A stretch of DNA of 64,000 nucleotides from Phoronis australis (Eukaryota > Animalia > Phoronida), in NCBI GenBank assembly GCA_002633005.1, contig NMRA01000195.1, forward strand, positions 537,628-601,627, given 5' to 3'. Positions 10,041 through 22,379 of the stretch are shown here, piece by piece; positions within the stretch are counted from its first letter, which is position 1; each line of letters starts with the position of its first letter. Below the pieces are notes generated by a model. That model was given only the letters and a program-made list of their open reading frames with translations. It did not search any database and was not told the origin of the DNA. A program made the translations under genes and the position numbers.

Positions 10041-12299
10041 GAATTTGCAACATTAAGACATTTAAATTAGGTCTACCTTCTTATGTACTTGGCATTTTTT
10101 GTAGTTTCATTCCATATAGTTAGCTTTCATGTAATTTTGAAGGTAGCATGGATCACTAAGTCGTGGTATGGTTACAAAAGATTATAAGTCTGGTGTGGTA
10201 GTTGCAAAAATAGGGTATTTACAAAAATAACTCAAATTCTTTTTTAAAGCTTCTAAATATCATGTTTGAACCACTCTAAAATGAGCTCTCTCTAACTCTA
10301 CAGACATAGTGTATACTAGAGGTACACGTCAAAAAGTAATTCAACAGTTTATTTTTAGTGACAACAGCTCGACCAAGGCTTTGAGTTCGGCAGTAATCCA
10401 GTGCCCTTCCCTGTGCCGATCGAATCTCTGAATTTTGACCGGGAGAGAAGTTCAGTTGAACGCCAGCTTACGGTTTATGAATAACAAAAATGTACCTCTG
10501 ATACGAAACAAAATAATGTCCATTGGGTTGAAATAAATAAAATAAAAATGTCCTTGAAAGCAACAATTTCCCGGGACTCAGTACCGCTAGAGTGCTGAGA
10601 TCCAGCAGGTGCCGAGACAAAAGCGGCCAGACGTAGCCAACTCGGGAGTCAAAATCTGAGATAGCCCTGCACCATAGCCACCAAGCTGAAAAGTGCGTAT
10701 CTAGGAACTAATATATTTGTGTTTATTATATCCTTCGAGTTATCAAGCAATATCGCCAAGTTCAGCTGCTCGTGGCCCTACAGTTTGATCCATAGTTAAC
10801 GCTTTTCAACATCATTTTTCTGCTTTGGACATGCCAAAAATGACGGGATATTATTCTGGAGCAGCATAACGGCTGTCGGGGCTACACACGTCATATCGAC
10901 ACTGTTTCACCATTCTTAGCGGACAATTTCTTGAGCTATAGACTAAAATAAGTTTTTCTCGACTGCGTGTGGTTTGTCGGGTAAAATGGCGGCTTGGAAA
11001 CGCAGACGAAGGTGTGCCAAGAATGCTGCGTTCTGATTGGTCAATTAAGCCGTCCGTCATAATCCTGGCGATAGGTCAACTGTTTTTAACATACATTTTT
11101 AGCAAAGGTGACAAAGTTGATGATAACAATTAGATAGGTGATTAAAAATTCTCCAGATTAAGACAGCCTCCAAAATTCAAAACACAGAAATCACTGCTGA
11201 AATTTAATTTTTTCATCTTGAAATTTGAGGCGTGAGTGATTTTTATATTTCCGTACTTGTAAAATTCCTAACGCTATGTTGTAGAATAACAGGTTGCAAG
11301 ATTACTTTTGTAAGTTCATAAAAAGTGACGACAAACTTTTTTAAATGGTAACAATTTATTAAAATAAATTGTTACCATTCCCCTTGAATTTCTGACAGAC
11401 AATTGTGTGAATTTCTAAAAATTGTGACAAGCTCCCACTTTGATCAAAATAATTATTCACTGTCCCAAACTAGAGAATTTTTGCGTAATTAATTTTTGAA
11501 ATTCTTATGTAGTTAACTGTAAAACTGATGGATGACTGTTCTTGTTTATGAGAGGATCTGCTTTAAGAAAAAAGGTTGTAAAAGTGATGACAATTTATTG
11601 TTTAGCTTTTGATCTTAAGTGATGGTGTGGTAATTTACACCAGCTTTAAAAATGTCAGTGACAAAAGGTAGAAATCATAAGTGACAACAGATATCAATAG
11701 TCCATTTCAGTTAGTGGCTCTGAAGCAGATGATAATAGTGGCAGTACCTGTGTGGTTAAAGAGTCGTGACACAATGCTTTGGATTTAAAAATCTTGAGGG
11801 ACTCTCTGATATGTAAGCTACAAGTGTTTTTCTCACAAGAAATGATGTTTGTGTGTTGTCAAAATCAGTTGCATACTGAGTTAGCCACTGAATGATCTCA
11901 GTGCTTCATATGCTTAAGGGGGTTTTGATCAAAGATTAATATTTATTTTAATTGGCTAGACTGATACATACCAAGGGAACTTGTGCCATGTGATAAAATG
12001 TTATTGTTTACATGTTTTGGAAAAAATAAATGGTTTAACGAGATCATGAAACGTTACAATTTTGTCTTTAGCATCTAACGTCAATGTATAATACAGGATT
12101 ACTTTTACATAAACATTTAAAATGTTATAGATTTTTGATTTCCTATATATAGTTAAGGTTAAGAATGCATGCCTACGTGATGCTCTCTGTACATGTGTTG
12201 CTTTGATAACACTATCACTGATGGTGTTACTCTATCAAAAATCAAAAATTAATGGGCAATTTTGACAGTAAAATCACCCATGAAAATCTTATTTTAATG

Positions 12300-12750
12300 A
12301 TGTGGATTTCCGACGCTGTCCCAATTTTTGTACTTCAGGTCGACCAAAAGGGCTGCTGGGTTTCTTGTTAATTCCAGGTTGTCGTATCTCTTGGGAGGCA
12401 TTTTTATTTAGTGTATCTGCATTGAACAAATTTATGTTTTTGATTATTTGTTGGCAGCTTTCCCAGATTTCCGTAACACTTCCAGGCTCAGATTTTGAAA
12501 TTCTTGGTATTAGAAAAGGCATAAAAATTCGTGCTGTGAAACCTGTTGTGATACGAATAGATGTTATTGAAAGTATTTTTATCTGCATTTAACTCATCAT
12601 TCTAACACAATGTGTCCTTCGTCGATTACCACAATTGCCACGTTGGAAGCTAATTCCTTTTTTTTTCAAGCTAATTCCTTGTTTTGCAAGCGTTTCACAC
12701 CATCACTTGTTGATGTCAGAGCCTCAGGGTTATCATACATTACTTGATAA
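12300..12750 (-). pseudogene. Remnant of a RecQ-like SF2 helicase (Academ-type transposon)
   Basis: Ordered motifs on the minus strand: MYDNPEAL (motif Ib, xPEAL), NVAIVVIDEGHIVLE (DExH box), then F(G)RPEVQKLGQ (cf. RecQ FRPEYxxLG). The frames are broken. Confidence 0.55.
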
Positions 12751-12780
12751 TTTCCTTTAGTTATATCACTAATTGGAACA

Positions 12781-13096
12781 CATAGGCAGATTTAGGGATT
12801 TAGGGGGGCAGGGGCTGCCGCAAGCAAAAAGAAACAGCAACAGCCCAACGCGTCAGGAAATATAACTAGGACCGGTACTGGAGAAGGGGTGGGGGGAATC
12901 AGACCCCAGATCGTGGCGGGCTCTCGTTCCCGTTTTTTATTATTTTTAATTCTTTTTAGTCGATAGATTTCCTGAACATAAGGTTCATACTCCGCCCCAC
13001 CGCAACTTTCGGGACGCCTGTACGCATACAACCGTGCTCTGCCCAATTCCCGGAGGCAACATGTTGCCCCCCGTTCTGGTCCCTGATCTGCCACTG
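12781..13096 (-). mobile_element. MITE, same family as 9710-10040, with perfect 5-bp TSD
   Basis: GAACA|CATAGGCAGATTTAGG ... GATCTGCCACTG|GAACA. Confidence 0.85.
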
Positions 13097-14602
13097 GAAC
13101 AGTACAACAAAACGTCGCCACTAGTTTCTTCATCATCAGTATCATCATCACTAACGTCTCGCAAAAAATTGTTGCTATTCTGGTATTGTAATTAGTGCAC
13201 GGCAAAGATCTACTAAAGTTTGGTGAACTACAGGGTTAATAAGCAAACAAATTGCAGTTCAGTCTGGGAACGTCAATAGCGCAATTAGTTGACCTGTCAA
13301 CTGTGCGTCTTCAGCTAGTTTTATCTTAATCGCACAGTGAACCTTTTATGTTCACTTAGTGATAAATAAACCGTTTCAATGGTGTTTTTTCGTTTTAGAA
13401 TTGCTTCAATTAATACTACAGGTACTCCAATATCGTCCGCACTTTCGTCGCGATTCTACTCGGGGATTCCATTGACACGGAATTCCCTCGAGAATGCATA
13501 ACAAGGGAGATAAGTCTTTATTTTGATACGTAAATTTGAATTTTACTGCTAAACTTATTATATCAGGTGTACTCATATTTGCAATTATATTATAGCATGA
13601 AATAGTTTAAAAATGTTAATTGTAAGTCAATTTTAACATCTTTCTTTGTTGACAGTGAAAGCGCTTTACCGGATAGTAATGTTTGAGACGATTCTCCACT
13701 CTGCCGGGTTGACCCGGACTTGCCTGAAAAACCTCGGCAAAAACTTCGTCGATATTAGTGAAAAAATACGTTTGCGTTCAGATTTTTACTAGGAATTTAA
13801 TTCTTAAAATTTTACATGTCTTTAAAGAGGGCGAAAATGTAAACGCGCAAGTCATATTTCTTCAGGCACCTCTTTTCATCAAACCATCGGCTTCACGAGC
13901 TATAAACTGTAATCGGCCGAAAAGGTCTGTGGTTTTCTGTTGAGTCCAGGCCGTCTGGAGTTGCCCCATATACAGTGTTGTAGTGGTAAATTAGAGGTAA
14001 GTAGGCGCCCAATGCCTACCGTATGACCTGGTGCATCAATTTTAAAAGTGCACTGAATTCGCAAAATCTGACTCACAAACATGTAGGCCTATTTTTGACT
14101 CACGAGTGGGTATTTACTTCGAGTCTGCAGTGGCGAATGTAGGATGTCGCAGAAAGGGGCCCAACCACACATAGGAAGGCAAGATCCGCGTGTATTCCAA
14201 GCGGTCTCTGAAGGGAGGCAAACACACTTTTGAAAGAAAACACGCGCGTAACGCCCAGAAACGATATGCTGACGGCGTTTTTTAGTCGCCCGTGGGGGTA
14301 TCCTCTGGGCCCCTCCGTCACCCTTTATCCGTCTGTGGTATGACACCATAACTGTTACTTTATCTTGAAATATTAATCTGAAATGTCATTACTCGGGAAC
14401 AGATGTTAGACCGTAGTCTTCAAAGACTAATTACACACATGTTCCTAAGTGGGGGCTATAGCCCTCCAGCCCCAATATGGTGCGCCGCTTATGATGTTTC
14501 AATGAGCTCAAAGCAATATGTACCCGGTACAATGTGCACACGTGAATGCACTCATATATAATGCACAAACTTGGAGTAGGATTTTCTTGCAAGCACCTGT
14601 TT

Positions 14603-14956
14603 TTAGTTTTTCATTGAATTTAGTAAAATACCAGGTACTAGTGACCAGTCCAAAGACAGGATGCTTTGTATAATTGTTACAGAATCCTCCACAAACTTTT
14701 TTGTCGGTAGTCTTGTTCTTTTCCAATTTACATTATTATTGGACTGAGAACTGTTAGCAGTTCCGTGTTGTCGAATCATCCACGTTTCGGCATAAGATTG
14801 TGGGTCGAACATGGAAAGCGGAGGACCATTGACCTTGCCAAGCAGCGAGCTGGAGGTAGTTTCTAATAGAAAACAAGAGCGTTCGTCTGTTACTATCCTA
14901 TTCATTTCGCTGAATCCTCGTTCACAGTCTGCTGTACTGCAAGGAAGAATCTTAAT
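14603..14956 (-). pseudogene. hAT transposase C-terminal dimerisation-domain fragment (KIAA1586-like)
   Basis: KILPCSTADCERGFSEMNRIVTDERS...VNGPPLSMFDPQSYAETW carries the hATC motif (S/T)A.CER.FS. Everything upstream is missing. Confidence 0.8.
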
Positions 14957-15160
14957 CATGGGCGGCGCAGAATTGAAAAAGCGGGGTGCTATAGTCCCCC
15001 AGCCCCCTGTCGTGTACGGCCGTAGACCATGGGCGGCGCAGCACTGAAAAACTTAAGTGGGGTGCTATAGCCCTCCCCCCAGCCCCCCAGCCCCCCTGTC
15101 GTGTACGGCCGTAGACCATGGGCTGCGCAGGACTGAAAAAGTGCGAGACTATAACTCCAC
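14957..15160 (+). repeat. Head-to-tail array of mini-MITE-like units (71 nt, 89 nt, partial)
   Basis: Units start CATGGGC(G/T)GCGCAG at 14957, 15028 and 15117. The first two end CCCCCTGTCGTGTACGGCCGTAGAC. Confidence 0.75.
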
Positions 15161-16045
15161 TTGGTAGGTTGTCTACTCTACTGAAACGTTTCATACATTT
15201 CTACGAACTCACGCATTCCTCTGATTGCCGTTGTGGCAACCAGCCCAAACCGATAGCAAATTCGCTTGACTTCGTGCACGCCATATTTTAATCCGGGAGC
15301 CCATCGGCCATGTTTTGGGGTCCAAGATGCCCAGAATAGAGCAAAATGACTGCTCATCATTGTCAAGTCAACGTCACTCCAAGTTTACAACATGTTTTTT
15401 AATAAATTGTCCAGGACGTATGGTCACGCGCGTCGGAATATTCGGCAACAATGCTGTCGCCATCGTAGCAGTGAATCGATACCGGACGGTCCCCCACGGC
15501 AATTTAACGTCATGCTCCATTCGGAACTTGTCGGATATTTCCGTAACCTCAAATTATCCATCAGGGGCGATTCATACCTGCACATACGCAAACTTAAATC
15601 TATTTATGTGACTCAGAAGGGAGAATGCCGTCGTATGCGCCGGGATATCTCGGCGATGAAAAATTTGAACAACAGTTATCAGTTCATCAGATCTCCACGA
15701 TAGCAAGTACCAGCATAATGGCAACCTTGAGAATCCGGTGGCTGATCAGCTGCCACTGAAAGAAATTTAGGCGAATACAGTCGTCGTCATATCATCACAT
15801 CAGACAAAACGTAAGGTATTTCTGCCATTCTTGTAGGAAGAAGGTTGCCAAACTGTCCTTAAAATGTCCCGTTCTGCATACCAGGAGTTTTTCAACAAGA
15901 TATTTTTGGGTGTTCAATTCGTGTTACGCTGTTTTACGGAAAGAAGTCACATTTGTCCTGAATGAAAAGTTAAGGCCTTAAAGACAGGTGTGTTTAAATA
16001 TATTATTACCGCTTCATTTTTCTTAAAAACTTCATGAAACGGATC

Positions 16046-16310
16046 TGTTGTGTACTTAGTCACACAATAACAGCATGTTTGTAGGTTGTTATTGTTTATG
16101 AGTTCAGTAGCTTAATTGGTATTATGTCATGCGATTTCTTGTACAGGAAGTGTGTCATAGGTAACGCATCATATGTTGTTATGTAGTTGTGTGTATATAT
16201 ATTGTTGCGATATGTAGAATAAATCAGTTCAGTGTTCAGTTCAATTCTGTTCGTTTCACTGCGTAGTTCATGGAGTGTCTACTTTATTTGACAAAGTAAG
16301 ATACACAACA
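16046..16310 (+). mobile_element. Solo LTR (265 bp)
   Basis: TG...CA ends with inverted termini TGTTGTGTA / TACACAACA, perfect 5-bp TSD GGATC (16041-45, 16311-15), internal AATAAA near 16218. Confidence 0.85.
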
Positions 16311-16697
16311 GGATCTTTACACAAACACTTTTATTCGAAACCTAAGCCCAAATAATAGTCTTTGACATGACACCGATTTTTTTTCAAAATGAACTGAATT
16401 TAATACAGATTTTTAGCTTAATTTTAATTTTTGGTGTGCTGCATCAAGAAAATAGGATGCCGGACGATGTGTCAATCGAAGATTCGAATGTCGAATATGA
16501 ACTTGGAAATTCGCTTAATCTCGAGATCGTCTATGGGCCTACGTGAGCTTGGAATACCCGAGAAAACGTGGATTCGTCACTCAAATAATGACGTTGACGT
16601 TACTTTAATTCGTTAACGGGTAAAATAGGTGCTCATGGGACCAATAATAACAAATTTCTCTACACTGAACAAAATATTCACCTGATTTCTTTAAGGT

Positions 16698-18186
16698 GTA
16701 TTCCGGTTCGAACTGATAGCCTGTGAAACTTAACGATTCACCTGTGAAATCTTCGTCGGGATGAGCTCTCGTCTAAGTCGGGTTTGCGAGTTGCCATGTT
16801 GACGTTTGTTACTGAGCTTTCTGTTTCAAAATGAATTATCCCCACCCTAAACAATACTTATATAAAAGTGAAAGGTCCGTCTCATACGCGTACCCAGGGA
16901 GGGGGGCTCGGGGAGCTCGAAAGAGCAAAAAGGTTCACACGCGGGAGACAAAAAGTCCGAGAAAATAGGACAAGGAAGCGTAAACGCGCAATTGACGGTG
17001 GTGCGTGGTGCTCCCGTTTTTTTTTTTTTTGTTTTTTTTTTCTTTTTTTATAGTCCGCCTGCTCTTTTGCTAACAAAAGGTCCACAACGTCAGGAATTCG
17101 AGCCCCACCCTAATTGAATACCGGATCCGCGCATGTGTCTCACTAGATGCAATTTGTAATGCCTTTGGCGTGCCCATGATGAGTGCAAATAATTTAAGAA
17201 GCCAGCAATGAATAAATCACTGCGTTACAATAAAACTAATTGACAGGACACCAACGAGGCCGTGTGACCTCATGCTAATTCAGTGTTTGCTGACAGAAAC
17301 TGTTGTGAAACAACTCGATTTCTATCCTGCGGCCAGGTGTTAGGGGAATATTTATTTACATTTACTTTATTCAAATAATGATTGTCAATGTACAACTTCT
17401 GCCTTGACGGTCCTGTGGCCAAAGCGAAACCTGAATTCGCAACCCCCGAAGAGTAAGAAGATTTGTATATTCGTGACTAATTCACCAACATAATCACGTG
17501 CACATTACGTCTTTGGCTCAGTAGTATAGTATTTTCTTGACTGGAGGTTTAGTTTCCAACTTTGGCTGGTTCATGTTCGTGAGGTCTTCAGTCCCGCCGG
17601 CCGCGACAGGCCTGATCGGTTTTCGAGCCACTAGCCGGGATCAACAACGAGTCAATCCGGCCGCGACAGGCCTGATCGGGCTCCGAGCAACTGGCCAGGA
17701 TAACAAGCGTTTTGTGTGTTAAGAACTCATAAAATCACAAGTCTAAACAACACAGATCTAGGCTCTTCTGTTCGTATCTCACGGAAAAATACTTGGAATT
17801 TATCTCCGAACAGACCCCAAACTCCTGCCACGGACCTTATTGGCCTGCCGAATTCTGTAGGCTACGATGTCCAAATACCAATAAAACCGTAACAGCGAAA
17901 TAAAATATCACGTTTTTATAAGAAATCGGTGTATTTTGAGGGTTTTACATCGAAGTTTGATGATTTCTTGGTGTTAAGCGATGAATTCAAGCCATAAGCT
18001 GACACCCGTAACCCGCGTTGTGAACTGCTAAACAGACTACGTGTGAAACCAATTACGTCATTGGATAATTTCAACACCTCCGTCTGCCGTCAGGTGTCAG
18101 GCAACACAACCGTATGTGCCGTTATCGAGTAGAACTACTCGATCTAAATTGATACAAATTAGGTTGTTTTGCGATGGCATGCTCCT
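16698..18186 (-). mobile_element. Kolobok-type element copy 2 (inverted, one end lost)
   Basis: Ends GATGGCATGCTCCT|TTAA at 18186. The reverse complement aligns to 43600-44740 of copy 3. Contains a nested MITE at 16883-17135 and a short internal duplication (CCGGCCGCGACAGGCCTGATCGG twice). Confidence 0.85.
16883..17135. mobile_element. CAT...ATG MITE with 5-bp TSD nested in Kolobok copy 2
   Basis: CGTCT|CATACGCGTACCC ... GGATCCGCGCATG|TGTCT. The homologous site in copy 3 is empty (TCTGTCTCATTAG). Confidence 0.75.
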
Positions 18187-18239
18187 TTAACATAAGTTGT
18201 GGTTTCATTTCCATCTGCATGTAAATTTGACAAAAAACG

Positions 18240-18340
18240 ATTTGGATGAGGGCTGCTCGCAAAGAACGAGACACAAAATCGGATGTAATGTGGTCCACAA
18301 AGAGAACGTTCTCGCGTTACCTCTACTGAGTCCTGCCAAA
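18240..18340 (+). repeat. Dispersed repeat fragment, second copy at ~28510-28620
   Basis: Both copies share GCTCGCAAAGAACG...TGTGGTCCA(C/A)AAAGAGAACGTTCTCGCGTTA...TCCTGCCAAA. Confidence 0.7.
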
Positions 18341-18570
18341 TGAATATGAAGAAATGAGTACGTATTTGCATTTTCAAAAGAATATGAAGTAGGGATGTTA
18401 AAGAATTATGAATCCCGCGCTTTGAATCAGAGTAAAGTTCAAAATTATTACTAACTTAGTTATCATTGTAGTTAGTACAGTGTTCTCCACGAGCTGTTTT
18501 GACTCGACATGGTAACGGGTTTGTATTTTGCCGCGTCGAGTTTCGGTAAAGCGCGTCAAGTTTAAAAATT

Positions 18571-18687
18571 GCCCCCCTCCCGACCTCCCCCCATTCGGTG
18601 CTATGCGCATCTACAATCGTGGTTTGCGCAAATACTTACAGAAAAAAATGTTGCCCCCCCCCTTGTGATATACTAGATCCGCCACTG
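18571..18687 (+). mobile_element. Right half of a ...AGATCCGCCACTG MITE
   Basis: Same internal sequence as 7019-7126. Ends TAGATCCGCCACTG, the complement of the family's CAGTGGCGGATCTA TIR. Confidence 0.65.
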
Positions 18688-19599
18688 TTTATTAGGTACT
18701 TTACTTTAAAAACACTCATTATGAACACATTAAAAATGGATTACCATAATAAAGCAATCTCTCTTAAAAATAACGCAACAGTTTTAGAAACTTTCTGAAA
18801 TAAGTGCCAATCTATATTTCTAGCCGATGTGCTACCTGAAAACTAATGCCTGCGATGACAAGTGACACGGATGTGGCCACGTGCTTTTAACAACAACTTT
18901 TCTATTCACGAGACCGTCGTCAGCTGAATGGGTTCACGTGGCATGTTGGTATGGGGATTTCTACTGTGGGTTTTTTATCTGCTGGTTTAGGATCAAGGCT
19001 ATAAACTTAGTATAGACAACTACAAGGATACGTCGACTCGGGATACTGACAGAGATACTTGAGAAAACCGAGGTTCAGAACTAATTAATCAAGATGTTTA
19101 CGAGCAAAAATCAAACACTGTGATTTGCAAATGTTTGCACGTTCTGATTCCTTGTGTTTAGCTAACAACAAGTCCCAAAACACGTAACTCACCCCGATCG
19201 CTTGTGTTCGACATGTTTCTTTTCCGTCAGCTAGTTCGTGTGCATTATGGGTAATCTCTCCACTGTCAGCGCCGCATAAATATTGAGGTTTCGTTGAAGG
19301 TCCGCCCACTTTTTATGAATTTTTAAAAAATTAATAGTAAAATAACGGGAGTATGCACATGGCTGTAATTTACGAAGAGTGTTGATTTTAGTGATATCTT
19401 TCGACTGGCAAACCTCATTTTTTGATCTAAGCAGGTGAAAGTAAAGGAAATAGAATCTTTAAGTTATTCTGCAGTATTTACCTATAAATACTGTTATCTG
19501 TAGTAGCCTACTTGACTAAACCCGTGAAATGAAATTTTAAAAATTAAAAGTTTACCTTGTAAGTAAGAAAGTAAGTGATTTTTTATTATAGTGACATGT

Positions 19600-20180
19600 G
19601 TTCAAATGCATTTAAACAATGAATACTTTACAAACCAGGAACATCCAGCCCTCCACGGGGCTTATAAATCACTTCATATACATGATACAAAAAAGAAAAA
19701 ACAAGTGTACACACATCGCAAGAGGACCAAAACGAGAACACAAGATTGGTCATATATAAATATAATTTTTCCAAACTGCAAAAATATTTTTGATGAAAAC
19801 TGACAGAAGTTTTTGTGATAACTTTTTGCGTGATAGTAATTAATTTACTTATACAGCTTTCTGCACGAAATCGTGGACATTTACATGTAATCTCAACTGG
19901 ACAGTAAAAGGTGTTTCTGGCATCTAAGAAAAACGGACACTCAAACAGAAAATGTACTTCAGTGTCGACCTGACCAGTGTGACAAAGACAGCATATGCGA
20001 TCATCAAATTCTGGAGAACGAAAACGCCCAACCTCAACCAATAGCTGTAGGGTTCCGGTTCTAATTTGAGCAAAAATCGACCTACTATGCCGAGTTAAAT
20101 CTAAATTCACGCAAGGCTCAACTTCAAAAACATTCTTCATCAAAACATAGACATTCAAACAACCACCTATTACAAGCCAA
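19600..20180 (-). pseudogene. 3' fragment of a non-LTR retrotransposon (RTE-X/CR1-group C-terminal Cys/His domain)
   Basis: RSIFAQIRTGTLQLLVEVGRF...DDRICCLCHTGQVDTEVHFLFECPFF. Confidence 0.8.
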
Positions 20181-20219
20181 GTCACGCAAAATATTCTTAC
20201 AGCGGGAGAGATTAACTGG

Positions 20220-21112
20220 TGTCAGATGATTGACTGTGGGTTTGTTTAAAAGGTAGCTATGCTTTGAGATTGTGCGTAGATGGAGAGCGAATATTCAAAT
20301 CCAGTAATTAATTTGTTATATGATAACCCCTAATTAGACAAATGAAACCTATTGTTAATTAAGTAATCAACTACAAAGAGTAACTACGCTAGCGCCCTTT
20401 TTAAAGATTACTTTAATCAAACAACCAAAACGATCAAATGTCTTATCTGCTATCCAAGCTAGGACTCTCGAATTGTTGTCTGTCCTGTTGGTGAATCTTC
20501 GAACTACACACACTGTATAGCGACAGTGTACTTGCTGGTCACCGTCTCTGGTGATGCAACACTTGCAGGCAATTTCTTCTACCCGCGACTCTTCTTGGTG
20601 GTCACAGTCTCTGGCTGATGACGCAACACTTCAGGTAGTACCTTACTACCCACAATGCAAGTGACAAGCTCTTAGTTAACTTCCTGTTCGTTAACCCTTG
20701 CCCTTGCTTAGATCATTTCTAGAATCTTCCACGAGATGGCTCTGTCGTACAATTGCTTCTGTACACTGTAGCAAGTCCCTATGCTTCAATTACTATAGCG
20801 CATCTCCTTATCTTGTTGATTTCAGCCCATAATATAACATTCTACTTATTTAGTGATTGGCTAATAAAAACCACATGATCATATCCACTCATATTATTGG
20901 CTGTTACAATTTGTTCTCAGAATATTCTAGAATCTCTAGAGTACTTTGACCCCAGAACCCAAAGTTGTAAACACCATCTAAAAATAGATTTTGACGTTAA
21001 AATACATGTCAACAAGTCTGACCCCATGATTTAAAAGTACATATGCACAAATTTTGGGCAACTTAAAATGGATCTATTCTTACTAATTACTTAATCAATA
21101 TTTATTCTGACA
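20220..21112. mobile_element. Possible solo LTR
   Basis: Bounded by TGTCAGA...TCTGACA, lies between two LINE fragments, and has CCAAT-like boxes and an internal direct repeat. No TSD was found. Confidence 0.35.
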
Positions 21113-21243
21113 ATAAGTTATGAAAACATGATAGCAAGTAGCAGCATATATTAATAAAAACAAGAACGGTTTTAAATTGGCTTGACATGTTTCGGTGTTG
21201 TTTTTTCAAACACCATCGACAGAAGAGAGAATATAGTGGCCAC

Positions 21244-21490
21244 CTAGCTAGGCCCAGCAACAAGTAATGAAGCACAGACCATTTGGAACAAATAAGTCAA
21301 AAGGTCAATAGCGGTATCATTTTTACATACTTTATAATATATTTGAGCAATTCCCACTGCTTTATTATATTTAGATGTCATCACTACCCGCTTTACTTCA
21401 TAGCGAGTAATATTTTTATTCAAAATACTATTTTCATCACGTGGTTCTAAAAAACCGATGTGTGTACTTACAGTGATATTATCTGCCTCA
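21244..21490 (-). pseudogene. LINE ORF2 fragment just upstream of the RT domain
   Basis: LNKNITRYEVKRVVMTSKYNKAVGIAQIYYKVCKNDTAIDLLTYLFQM resembles the 'EV..A...K.KA.G.D.I..E' region of LINE ORF2. Confidence 0.6.
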
Positions 21491-22379
21491 ATAGTTGTCA
21501 GGCTTCTATGTAGTCCGACGTCTTGTCGCCCCTTCTTCGTAACAGCTAAACCAGGATTCTCTTCTACCCGCCGTACACTAACTAGTTGGAGGCGTAGCTT
21601 GATGTCGTCAGATGGCATCCAGCTTCCTCGACTCGTTTCGACCCTAAACCATAACGGTCTCCACTGGTGGGTCCACAGTGGCGGCCAACCCACTGTGCAT
21701 CACTGAGGCCTCCAACTTCCTTCATTCCGACGGTACCACAGCCAACAAGATGTCCTCTCAGCTGTCTCGCCCAGTCTTCTCACTGCAGCTTTCTTCCTTC
21801 CCCCTCGCACACCAAGCTTCTTCAGCAACCACCATACAGATCCAATCCTGTTCTTCCTGTTGCTGACAGCTGGGTACTGTGTATTTGCCAATTGCCCGTT
21901 CTTTGTGGACTGTCACACTTAAATTTTCCGTCATTCCGTCACACCATCTAAATGTCTCACTTTCTGACGCGCGGGTAAATTGACATACTATCATATACTA
22001 TTGTTATTTCCTGGCGACATAGCCATAGTTTGTCGCTTGAATAAAATAAAAATGGGTGCAATTTCTATAGCTCATTATGCTACAGTAGCTATGGTCTTAA
22101 TAATCATGTAATGGGTTGTTTTTTGACAGTTCCTGGTATCTCAAAGTTTCTGTGTTGTTAGTTTTTTTCCAAAATGCTTACTTTCCGCCATCATCCATTC
22201 GGCATCTAGTTTGACGCTATTATTAATTTTAAGCAAGGAGAGAGTTCAGTAGACGCGAAAGTATTACAGAAACACAAAAATTTACCATGAACTGCAAACT
22301 AAGCACCTGATCACATCACCTTCTGATAGAAATTCTTGATTTTACAAAACTTTACCAAGACTTAACCGGGATCTTCATT

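Noticed and set aside
21500-21990. Possible RTE-clade LINE 3' fragment
   Set aside because: Only faint motif resemblance across broken frames; cannot be supported without a search.
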